From NCBI GenBank assembly GCA_965153285.1, contig OZ229112.1: a DNA stretch of 64,000 nt, one strand, 5' to 3'. The stretch is from Podarcis tiliguerta (lineage: Eukaryota). A program made the position numbers and the translations under genes. Position 1 is the first letter of the stretch, and every line of letters starts with the position of its first letter. The notes beneath the pieces are model-generated. The model was given only the letters and a program-made list of their open reading frames with translations. It did no database searches and was not told the DNA's origin. Positions 23,703 to 46,000 of this stretch are shown one piece after another.

Positions 23703-24050
23703 AAGGTAAAGGGACCCCTGACCATTAGGTCCAGTCGTGACCGACTCGGGGGTTGTGGTGCTCATCTTGCTTTATTGATCAAGGGAGCCGGGATACAGCT
23801 TCCGGGTCATGTGACCAGCATGACAAAGCCGCTTCTGGAGAACCAGAGCAGCGCACGGAAACGCTGTTTACCTTCCCGCCAGAGCGGTACCTATTTATCT
23901 ACTTGCACTTTGACAAGCTTTCGAACTGCTAGGTTGGCAGGAGCAGGGACTGAGCAACGGGAGCTCACCCCATTGCGGGGATTCAAACCGACGACCTTCT
24001 GATCGGCAAGCCCTAGGCTCTGGTTTAACCCACAGCGCAACCCGTGTCCC
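23703..24050 (-). mobile_element. Sauria SINE, full length
   Basis: Minus strand starts GGGACACGGGTTGCGCTGTGGGTTAAACC with a B-box-like GGTTTGAATCCC, core AAGTGCAAGTAGATAAATAGGTACCGC, and ends CCCTTTACCTT. Confidence 0.92.
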
Positions 24051-24699
24051 AAAATTAAATTTAGGAAGGCGAAATCTAGTAATACTGTTCATTAGCATGT
24101 GCATAATTGCACTCCTGTTTTAGATATTTGCATAGCCATCAGGAAACAATTGATTTGTAGTATACACTATTCCCTAGGGTTTAGCAGTTTTGAGACTTCA
24201 TCTGCAGAGTGGTGGTTATCAAGGCAGGTCCTAAACATTCTGCTTCCTGAGCAAAGGACGGCTTCCCCCATTCCATGGAGAGAAGCGGAACTTTACTCTT
24301 CAGCCCTGGTGATGGGATAGCATCCTCCAATGCACCTGAGTGGAGCTTTGAGAGTCCTGTTAGCTTAGGGCGGTGCACAAAAAAAGATTTGTGGCACACA
24401 ACTTCGTTCTCCAATAGGCTAGTGGACCTCTGGAGGAATGGCTGAGGGGCTGCCATGGCAGCTTTGTGTGGAAATTAGCTAACCTAAGCCGCCTTGAGTC
24501 GCTGTCAAAGGGAAAGAAATATAATTATGGTAGGGATGGCAACGGTTGTTAAGTTTTCATTAGCTTCAATAGGTACTTGATTAAATATTAGGTGATTATA
24601 GCTTTTGTCTTGTGTGCTATCTCCCATAAAAGCAGCTAGAAGTGCAACTAAAACCACAACCCCTCGCTGACGTATGTTTAACATATACAGTATAAAGCA

Positions 24700-25420
24700 C
24701 TGTCTCGTGCACACAGCGGACGCAATAGCACCTTGGGGATTCTGCCACCCACTTATTAGAGCGCGCTGCCGCTTCCCATCATCCCCCGAGGTCCGAAAGC
24801 GTCTCTCCTACGGTTGGGCTCTGCGCCGCGGCAAACCACACCCTTTCCAGAAACGGCGCCTTAGCGCTGCGGGATTGGCTGCAGAGCGAAGCCACGCCTC
24901 TTCCCGCTCACCCAATCGAGAGGGAGTGCCAAGGTTTGATTGCGCTGAGTCCTTGTCTCGCGCTCGGCGTCTTTCCGCTCATCTCTCGCTTCGGCGTCCG
25001 CGCGTGTGAGAGAGAGAAGTCTCGCGGTGGCGGGTGAGTTTCCCCTCCGGCAGCTGCTTCGGTCTCCGCGCGGTGCGCTCGTGCTGCGGGGCGGGCTTCG
25101 TTCAGCGTCCTGCTTTACCCGACGGTTTGGGAAAGTCGTATGAAAGCAGCCCTTCAACGGCTGAAGAGGACCGTTGGGGCGGGGTTGGCTCTCTCCACGC
25201 GAGTTGTGGGCTAGCTCCCTCCCCGGCCTATAGGAAGCGGGCCTGTCGAGAGACAAACGACGGGATGCAAAAAAATAAAATTAAAAAGCAACCCGCCACC
25301 AACAGGCCCCTCACCGAATGGTAAAACTCCCCTTCCTGACCCCTCAGCTGCTGCAATGAACGAGCGAGGAAAAGGGGCTCCTCTGCTTGAGACCTCTCGC
25401 CCGCTCTCCCTTCTTTCTGT
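24700..25420 (+). promoter_or_regulatory. MTFR2: CpG island / promoter and non-coding first exon of MTFR2 (donor CGG|GTGAGT after 25033)
   Basis: Abrupt rise in GC and CpG content; ATTGG 24874-24878, CCAAT 24912-24916, E2F-like TTCCCGC 24901-24907; strong donor at 25034, upstream of the ATG-containing exon. Confidence 0.85.
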
Positions 25421-25704
25421 CACATTGGTGAGGTCTCTGCAAAAGCTGCAGAGGTTGTCCTGGTAACAGTTTCTCATTCAGCTAATCCTTTTTTTGTTTT
25501 CAATATTTTTATATAACGGTTTAATCATGTTTCCAGGTGTCTGTTTACAAAAAGTCGTTTCCTTCCGCCTCTAAACGCACGACCGTCCCTTTCTTCCGTA
25601 GAAACGTGACCCTCCGAATGGCGCAGAAATAAAACTGCTCGCACATTTGTAAAGCTGAACCGGGTCCAGGTTGGCTTCGGATTGGATCGGGGAGCGCGGG
25701 TTGA

Positions 25705-25770
25705 GGTTGCTGCGTTGCAGAGGGTTGGACTAGACGACCCTGGGAGTCCCTTCCAAGTCTACAATTCTCA
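25705..25770 (+). mobile_element. Short CR1 3' tail
   Basis: gggttggactagacgaccctgggagtcccttccaagtctacaattct, matching the end of the 21.3 kb copy. Confidence 0.7.
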
Positions 25771-26235
25771 GTTTGAGGTGTTGGTGAAATGGTGGTTGTG
25801 TTAAACATCAGCTGCCTCTTGAGTTAAGGGGCGGGTTGAGAAATTGTGGTTCATTCTCTTGGCTGTAAAAGTGTGGCAATGTTTTTTAGTTGTGTGAGAG
25901 AGGTGTGTCCCTTTTGAATATTAATACTGCTCCTGCAAACACATGCTATGGATCGAGCTTGAGTTTGGGGAAAGTACTCTACAATTCAATGATTCAATTA
26001 TCATTTCTAATAATTTATAATACTCCTTCCTTATTACTCTTTTAACTAATTGTACTTTCACATTGCATTTATAAATATTTCATGTGGATGTATAAGTAAA
26101 CTGAGTTTGTAGTTTTACCCTAATTATGAAATAAACTCTTCTCTTTGCAGCTGTAGCAAATATTTGCTGAGCCCCTCTGGCATGTGCAACAGTAATTTTT
26201 AACTGGCACTTGACTTAATTCAAGTGCTTTGTACT

Positions 26236-36707
<10,472 letters not shown>

Positions 36708-39236
36708 GGATCACCTGCAAAACCAGCAATTCATATTTAGCCATGGTGTAGAGCTTCTTGAGAAAAGCTCTGCCACTGGTTTTGTAGACCTTGATACTGT
36801 GCTATAAAGCAACGGCTTTTAGAGCTAGCTGTTTTTCATTAATCTACTTCAGCAGCCAAGCATCTGGAATTTGTTTGCGTAAAATATTTTATCAGCAGGA
36901 GTATGTTTTACTGGTTTTTATAACAACTTTCTAGTCTGGGCTGCAGAATTTAAAGCAGACACATAAACATGTCAAAAAAGGGAAGAGAATAGTACCATAG
37001 AAACAAAATATAAATTAATTTGGTTATATGTAGATGATAATATATTTACGAAACAGTATCCTGTTCATTTGTTTTCCTGTAATGGGATTAGCTATTGTGT
37101 GAAGAGTTGATGCGTGCTGTGGCTTTTGGCCTCTCCCCTGCACATTCACATTCTCGGCAGCCTTACTTCAACACATTGAGGATAACTCTGCAGAGGGAGC
37201 ATCTGTCCCACCTAACACATGTAGCCTTTCCCCATCAACTGGGACCCTTATGTATGGAGCTTGCATGTGCTTGATGGGCTTTCCCTTTGCGATCTTGTCC
37301 CCAATGCATTTACAATGAGGGAGAGGTTGGGGATGAAGACACAAAGACAGGACCAGTGGACAGAGCCCCACTTCCTCTTACATGATTGCTAATTTCATGA
37401 TGGGAACATCACTGAATAGGGCTAATGTCTTGATAATAAGGAATAGCTTCCTCAGAATTATCCCTTTCTCAATTTGATTCAGTGGTGCAGCCTTATAAGA
37501 TCTCAATAATTGGCACCAGTGGTGTTTGCTTGGTTTTGAGTAAGAGACCATTAATTTCCTTGAATACTGTAAAAGTTTGTAAAGAAAACACAGGAACTGT
37601 GTGCATATTTGAAATGCATGATTCAAATAAATATTGCTGTTGACTATTTGCACTCCAGTAAATTTTGCTTACAAAAGAAATCTTTATGTCTAAACTGTAT
37701 GATCATTCTCCATGACTGAAATATTTCAGATTTCGTAGTCTTGTGTATGAAGATTTGTGGAGGAATATAAGCTATATGATATGTCATTCCCCTTGTAACT
37801 TACAGTACACTATACAGGGTCGAAGTGTTATCTAAAAAACGTTTGCATCTCTTCTACCACAACCATTTAAACTCTGGATGCCCCGTCATACATGCAACCT
37901 AGATATTGCACAGCCCAGAGAGTTTCTGGATTTTACCCATAATGTGTGTTTATCAGGTTCTCCCCGTGTTTTCAAACCTGGTGGGCTCTTGCGGACTTTT
38001 GAGTGTTGCTTTTTATTTATTGTATTTTTATATTTTTATTTACTTACCGTATTTATATTTTTATTTATTTTCCCAGTTACAGTGCATTGTTCCTTATAAT
38101 TCTTGCAAATGGGTTTTTGTGTGTGGATGGCAAGCAGAGGAAATTTGGCTCAATATATTGGTTTCCTTCCCTGAGATTAAATTGCTTCCTTCTGATAATT
38201 TGTTGCTTGATATTGTATTCTGTTCCTTCATTGCATGGTTCTTTCTCAAGGGAGAGATAACTTTTAGTTCTGTATTGATATTTGCATGGGCAAAGACATT
38301 ACTTGGCCTATATCATAAATAATGTGATAGCAGTAAATGCATGTAATTTGAATGTTGGCTATGTGTGCCTGTTTAGTTATTGAGTGATGTGCCACTCTAG
38401 AGCTAACAGTACATTGATGTCTGTCTTAGTATGTCACCTCTTAATTGTAAACAATTAGCAGTGTGTTATATATAGCCTTTTAATATTTAAACAGTGGGCT
38501 AGAGATAACTTGGAAGCCATGTATGGTTGGGTGTTTTTTTGTGGCAGCAATGGAAATTCTAGGACAAATTAAAAGATATGCAATACTTGCCTTCTTATCA
38601 GACCTAAACCTATTTATCTTCTTGAACAACAACAAAAATGCATTGTATAACTTGCAAAGTATTTCTCAGTTAGTTTTGTAGCATATTGTCTGTCTCTCAG
38701 TTGTTTGAGGGGAGAGGTGAAAAAGGAGTCAGGTTGGAAGGACAGCAGATGCAGGAAACTCTGCTTCTAGCAGTATGTCTAAACTATATCAAAGGTCTCC
38801 AGAAGGCAAGCAGCAATTCACAAGATAATTAAGGCCCTGCATACACTTTGCATAACAATGTCAGTAACAGCCCCCCAAAAAACACATTTTGGATTTGAGT
38901 GTTATCTCTATCTCCTTTAGACACGGCAATGAGAGTCTCCTTTAGACTCTCAACTGTTGTAGATTTTATTGCATAAAAATCTTTATACCATACATTTTGA
39001 GTGAGTAAAAACCTTGTCTTAATGAGTGCTTCACTCATGCTAAAAGAGAAATATTTTATAGGAGTTGTTTTTTCCATGTTTGTCATAATTTTCAGTTGCT
39101 TGTAACTTTTCCAAACGGAATTAATTTTGCATTTGAATGTTCGGTTGTGGTTGTATTTTGAACAATGAAATTTTGAGAGTGAGGTTGGTTTTCATAGAAT
39201 CATAGAATTGGAAGGGACCCTGAGGACTATCAAGTC

Positions 39237-39360
39237 CAGGGTTTCCCAAACTTGGGTTTCCATCAGTTTTTGGGCTACAATTACCATCATCCATGACCAC
39301 TGGTATTGTTAGCTAGGGATGCTGGGAGTTGCAGTCCAAAAACTGAGAGAGACCCAACCT
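39237..39360. mobile_element. hAT-type MITE, right end truncated, adjacent to a short CR1 tail (39193-39236, minus strand)
   Basis: CAGGGTTTCCCAAACT start and the same internal palindrome as 16570 and 58673; preceded by catagaatcatagaattggaagggacc. Confidence 0.75.
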
Positions 39361-39507
39361 AAACTAGCCTAAACTAGACTAGCCTAAATCCATTTTGTTT
39401 CACTGTCACTGGTCCTCAATCATAGGTTCATTTTACATGCACTTCCCCACAAAACACAGATTTCAATGCTTTTGAATGCATTTCCTCTTTTAATATGACT
39501 TAATTTA

Positions 39508-40033
39508 CCATATTTTCTGCCCTATAGGATGCACTTTCCCCCCTCCAAAAATGAAGGGGAAATGTGTGTGCATCTTATGGGGCGAATGCAGGCTTCAGGA
39601 AGCTATCCGCAAGCCTTGGGAGCCTGTGGGAGTTCCCGCCGGGCTCCCAAGGCTTGCGGACAGCAGCCTGCAGCCCGAAACCCGGGGAGCGCAGCAGAGC
39701 GTGCCCCAGGCTTCAGGCAGCTCTCTGCAAGCCTTGGGAGACCGGCGCGACTTCCCGCTGGGCTCCCAAGGCTTGCAGACAGCAGCCTGCAGCCCAAAAT
39801 CCGGGGAGCGCAGCGGAGCGTGCCCCGGGCTTCGGGCAGATTTCCGCAAGCCTGGGGAGACCGGCGGGAGTTCCCGCTGGGCTCCCCAGGCTTGCGGATA
39901 GCAGCCTGTTCTGGGGTCGGGGGAAGCTTGAGCCCCCCCCCCCCCCCGCATTGGGGGGAAATAATTTTTTTCCTTTATTTCTCCCCCCCCCCCAAAAAAA
40001 AACTAGGTGCGCCATATAGGGCGAAAAATACGG
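39508..40033. mobile_element. Non-autonomous Tc1/mariner (Tc2/pogo-like) element with internal ~118-bp GC-rich tandem repeats
   Basis: TA|CCATATTTTCTGCCCTATAGGATGCAC ... GTGCGCCATATAGGGCGAAAAATACGG|TA; repeat units start at 39591, 39709 and 39828. Confidence 0.85.
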
Positions 40034-43000
40034 TACATAAAATACGTATTATTGTGCACAGTTTTTGGGACCAAAACTATTGCAAAATCCAGAGGAATGT
40101 ATGATTGCATTCTGAGCCAAAAGGATGATCGGAAAAATACGGAACAAATTCCTCCGTCATCCTGATTGTGAAAATGGTATCTCAGTCACATCCTTTACCG
40201 TAGATGTTAATGACCAACCCATGTATTTTAAATGTGATTAACACATGCTTCTAACCACCAGAGGGCAATCTGATACTATAGCTTTGCAAAAAAAAATAGT
40301 TTTGCTTTTATATTGCCTGTCTTCCATAGAGTTTAACAACCAAATACCTTGGTTTTGTTTTTAGTCTGTTGATATTCATGCTATAAAGTTTCTAGGTCTT
40401 TGTAGATACTAAAAGAACTGGAGCGTAGAAGGCTAGTTTCTCAAAAGCTGCAGTTGCCTGGTGATAAACAGGATTCCTGCATATCCAGAGGTAAATTCCC
40501 CTCTCTGTGGGCTCATTACCACATATTTCTTTACTATTGTGCTATGCTACTTGTTCTGTTAGCAGTCCCCCGCACCCTGATTTGTATGGCATCCCCATTC
40601 TGTTGGTGTCTTTAGAAGATTACAGCTGCACCAGCACTTGGAACTAGACCAGCTAGCTGACCAGCTATTTCTTAATGTAGTAGTATGTGGACTGTAGTGA
40701 CCGTGGTATTTCTTGTGTGAGTTCTTTGCTCAGTGTGCTTGCTGCTGTCTTCCCCTTCTCCCTGTGGTCTGTTAATATTTATCAGTGGAGTGAAACCTCT
40801 ACAAGTGCTCAGTCCTCATGATGCATGGTTGTTCGTTGTCTTCTGGTGCTTGTGCGTCTCCTGATATTGTATGGGAGCTCTAACTATTGGCAGTTGTGTT
40901 TTGCAGTTCTCTCTTACATTTCACACCGTCTTCTTTCCAAAACCAAAAAATCAATGCATTGCATGGCATAGAGTTACCATTGCCTGGCACAGAATTAGTA
41001 ATCACCTCTGTAGCCTGGATTTCTTGGATCTCCTGGATCCTGAGATGCAAATGGGACTTGAGGTTCCTTTATCTGGAGCATATTCTAGGGCTTATTTTTT
41101 ATAAAGCAGAAGTGCCATCTGGTGATACACTGCTAATCATAAGAATTTTGGTGCACTAACATACCTCCCATAATCCAGTAATCTGCCCTCAAGTCATTTT
41201 TAGTATCTTAAATAATACATTTTATCTGATAAAACTTTTTGCTTCATATAAGGAGTTTTGCATCTTTTAAAATACTGATGTTTTTTTCTACAGCATTTTA
41301 CCATGCATTAAGCATTATTTCAAGTTAAATAAGTAGAAGGGGGAAACTCAGCTATAGAAAATATCATCAAGCGAATAGAGACAGCACTTTGGGTGTGGTT
41401 TATTATTTTTAATTTGCTTATCTTTCAATTGATAAATGAGCATTGGCTTATATTTCACACTAGGGTTAATATAGGTTGAATAAATTCTCTGTACTTGGTG
41501 TTGACTAACTTTTATATTTATGGATATTTGATAAAAAAACACTGCACAGAACTCTGACGCTTGGAAAATTATGGAGTGCAGTATGTTCTCAACTGCTGGA
41601 AAAGCCTGAAAATGGGATCAAAATTTCTAGCATATTAACTCATAATGCAGATTGGCATAGGCAGCCCAAGTAACAAATGGCATGAAATTGAACGTTGGGC
41701 TATAGGAGTCATGTTACCCTTTCCCACCCTCATCAGTTTTTGATTTGGTAATGGAGAATTTCTACTAGCAGTCAGAAATACATGGTTTGTTTCCTTGACT
41801 CACAAATATAAAAGTTATTAGGATACTTCTGTGACCAAGAAGGGCTTCAAGAGATCCTGATTTGGGGGGGGGGGAGAGAATCCTGATTAAAGAAAAGTGA
41901 GAAAATAGGGGATGTTTTGACATCTAAAAGTTGAAGTGCATTCTGAGAACTTCTTACTAATTGTATGACGTGCTCTAAGAGGGCCAAACCACACGGATTG
42001 CTGTGATAAGTATTACCCACTCCTGAACCAATTCTGAACTGTAGGGGGATTTTCAGAAATAGTCTAGAGTGTTCAGCAGGCTTGTAGAATTCAGCCTGTA
42101 TTTATAAACAGCATCTGAAAGTGGCAAAAATTCTTGTGAAGATGCAAGCACAAAGCAAATGCTTGACTAAATTGGCTAAAATGTGAGATATGCACATATG
42201 CAAACATCATCCTTCTGTATTTTTTTTATTAACAGTTATCTTTTGACATGAATACTTACAGCAGTATGTTAAAGATACAGTTTAGTTCTTGGCATCACTG
42301 CATAGCAGTCACAATTTCACACAAGGCCTTGTTCAGACCTAACACTAAACCACAGTTTGTTTAACTTAACTGTAGTTTGTACATCCAAATCCTCCCCAGC
42401 CACCTAACTATGGCTTATATACAACCAGGATATTAGAATATGAAATCATGGTTTGAAGCTGGTTCATGATTCTCTGCTTGCTTGAACTATGTTCGTCATT
42501 GCAGCCAAACTTGCTATCCTGGGTTAATCCCTTTTGTTCCAGCCTTGTATCCCAGCCACCCACATGGGTAAGAGTTGTTAGAAAATGCTCATGCAGCCAA
42601 GTGAATCTCACTGGCAGTTTTCCAGCTCTTTCCTTCGTTCCTCCTCTGCCTAGCATTAGGTTTCCTCACACCCATGCCATGACAAGCTCTTCCTTTCCAG
42701 CCTGCCAACCTAGCTCCACTTTGCAATGAGAAAATTTATGCAATTTTTTTACTAGCATGTATCCAAGAGCACATGTTGAAAGCATTCCTTTGTTCTTAGT
42801 ATCTTACCCCAATTTTAAAGACAAATGCAGCTTCACAAAAACCCTATCTATAGCAAGTACATGAAGCTGACCTTTGTTCTTCCCCATTTATGTGCTTTTG
42901 GCAGTTCTGCTTCTGGGAAACACTCATGACCCTTCAGTACTTAGCTCTCTGAAGTCCCCCTTTGGTCAGTATCATGCTATCACCAAGGATGATTGCTCAC

Positions 43001-46000
43001 TCAGAGTAATCATACTAGTACCAAGGTTTGAAGATTGTAAACAACGTGTGATAGCAATTATTGGGGAGAGTGTTTTTTTTTATAAAAAAAATTTACATAA
43101 ACACTCTGTGTTACTTTGTATTCCCTTGGAAAGATGGTGTTGCTTATGTGTGTCAGCTGCATTAGCAATATCTCAGCTCTGCTGCTGCAGACTAGTAGTA
43201 GCTGTTGTTACAGAAGCAAAGGACAAGAGAGAGGGATTTTTGTTGACACATGAAGAAAAGTACAAAAGGGAACTCTAGAATATGAACTGCATTGAGGCGA
43301 TACTTAGCCAGCTCTCCAAAGAAATGTCCTTGAAAGGGTTCAGTTGTTGCATTCTTCAGTGCTGTGCAAAGATGAACACTCTTAAAAGCTTAAAAAAATT
43401 CTCACTACTCACAATAAGCACTCTGGGGTAGAACCATGCACTATGCTGTTCTACTATAAACTAGGTTCACTCCTAGATACAGATGCCACCCTTGGCTACT
43501 GGGCAGTCAGCAGCATTGGTGGCCAAGACAGGCTGCTCCATTGCTGGCTAGGCAGATAATCTCTTCTGCTCCTGGAATTTCTGGAGAGGCATCATCGGTG
43601 GCAAAGCTTCAGTAAGTGCCATTATCATGGTAGCCATGTACAAACATCAAGAGGACAAAGAGGCTGATGGTGACTGTACCAGAAAGAACTGCTATATCAG
43701 CCTGAATGTGCTGTCAGATGCCTCAGAGGAACTGTGCAATGGGACCAAGAGGGCTGATGAATTGCCTGTGTATTTCCTACAGTCTTTTGAGGACTGGTTC
43801 ACCACCTTCCTTAGGTTCCAAGATAGGAAAAGAAGAAGAGCAACCACCATCCAGAGCTCCAACTACAGGTAAGAAACTTGACCTAATGCAGACCTTGGCC
43901 CCATAGATAGGTCTGTCAGAAGTCAGAGTCAGGAATTGATTTTTACAAAGTTGGGAGCAGACTTCAAATATGTTCAGGTATGAAACAGAGGTTGGTGGTT
44001 TGGGGTATGTTCATGTCTGTGGAAAGAGTCCATCTTACACTGCTTATGGTTGGGAAGTTTGGTGTTTCATTCACAGCTATGAGGGTTTCTGGAGGCAGAA
44101 ATTGGGCAAGAGTCTTTTGTGTTTAGTGGGTGATTGGTAAAGCTGGGTGGGTAGTTCTTTCAGAGTTGGTGTCGGATGATTGAGTATCTACTGGAGTAGT
44201 ATATGCATCCCTTCCATTATCATCAGTCATATTTTGGGGTGGCTAACAAATTTCAAAGAAATGGCCATGGAACTGCAGGGAGATGTCTTGCAGCAAGAAA
44301 TTATTTTATTCAGGAGGGTTGAGAAGGAAGGATTTAGAGATGTGTAGGGCATTCTGAAGAACTGGGGAAGAGAGGAAAAGTTTGGTGGCTTGTGTTTGGC
44401 ATGAGGTGTAACAAGTATGTTCCTGCCCCATTTTTGTAGCTAGGTAGTAGTAAGAGAACCAGTAATGTGAAGGCCATGCCATTCCTTGGCCACTGCAGAG
44501 GCAGCAGAGTGGGCAACAAACCAGCATTACACAAAACAATCCATTGTATCAGTTGTGAACAAAATGCATGGCTTGGTGAACAAACTGGTTTTAACGAACT
44601 GTAGCTTGGTTTATGCTCAAACACAATCTATTGCTTCCTTTCAGCTTAATGCATATTCATACACAATCATAGTAGCTAAAGTTTGGTCCTACATTTGGTT
44701 TTGTTAGGACCATGTGATACTATTTGGCATAGCTTTATGTAAAAAGATGTGTTTTATACTCAAGTCTAACTTCTATTTGCATGTAAAATTTATGTACCTA
44801 AATATATATATGATTATTACCAATGTTATGCTCATCATCTGTTAGCAGGAGAAGAATGGAGCAAATTTTCAGTGATCCCCAAACTAAAAAATCTTCTTTG
44901 GAGGATCCCCCCCAGCCCTTCAGAACAGATTTAGGGAAGCATAGGTAGGTAGCAGAAGGGAGGGGAATAATTGGAAATTGCTTAAATCTCTGTTTTGCTG
45001 ACATGCCTTCCATCAGTTCAGTGGAGAGACAGCAGTGTATGCCATCCGCTGTGCTGAAATATTTGCCACAATACAAAAGCAAGAGTTTCTTTTTGCAGTA
45101 CGGTTCCCACAGAAATAAATGCTGTTGAGGGTGTCTTATGCCCATATCTAGTTAAAGAACTCAGACTGACCCGTGAATAGACTGCTTGGTACATGACCTA
45201 TCAGAATAAAATTGTCCATGATAGCCATTCTTCCATTCAAAAATGAAAGAAGATAATGCCCAGAGAAATCTTGTTTTTCAGACTTGGGGAGAACATCAAC
45301 ATACTCTAGAATTTTTGTTTATTTGTCACTTCCAGGTAAATGTACTTAGGAATTGCAGCCTTTATTTAAAGTGTGTTTCACTGAAATCAGTGAGACTTCT
45401 CACAAGTATATGAATATAGTTTTGGAATATTTGAGTAAATTGCAGCTAGGGTTTTAAAGTGCCCTGGTATCACAATGTGGCCCACTTGCCCACCTAAATT
45501 GAAAAAGAAAGGAATCTGATAAGAATTGTAGAAAAATGTCAAAGTGGAGTTAAATATTGAAACATTCAGTAATTTATCCTTTTCAGCAATCTGTTCATCC
45601 CTCCTTTATGGTTGACTTCAATCTTCAGAAAGACACAGAAATACCACGGTAGGTAATTAAGGTTAAAATAATAATCTATGGAATCCTAATTAGCTTTTTC
45701 TTATCCTGATATGTGGAAGAAAATCTTGAACAGTCTTTGCTATAGTTTTGACAAGTTAATGCTGCTATTACTATTTATATAAAGCTCCTTTCTTCACAGA
45801 GTGAAATGTGGCTTCAAAGTCCATTTTCACACTAATCTAAAGAGATCACGCTAGTATTTTATTTTTTCAACCTAAGCTTTCCTTTCTGCCTTGGGACTTA
45901 CTAAGGTTTACATTCCTTTGGCTTGGAGACTCTGCGGCTCTTGCTGTGTATTTCTTAGTTCTGGTTTTTGGCAAATCACTGATATTTCACTTCTTAATGC

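Noticed and set aside
23960-24050. tRNA-like A/B boxes
   Set aside because: This is the head of the Sauria SINE, not a tRNA gene.
24674-25477. Several Arg/Ala/Ser-rich ORFs over the CpG island
   Set aside because: High GC content depletes stop codons; no family similarity recognised.
39591-39908. Repeat array superficially like a CRISPR array
   Set aside because: Units are contiguous ~118-bp tandem copies with no unique spacers, in vertebrate DNA with no cas genes.
39529-40104. Cluster of 100-190 aa ORFs on both strands
   Set aside because: These arise from the GC-rich tandem repeat inside a non-autonomous transposon, and no transposase motifs are present.
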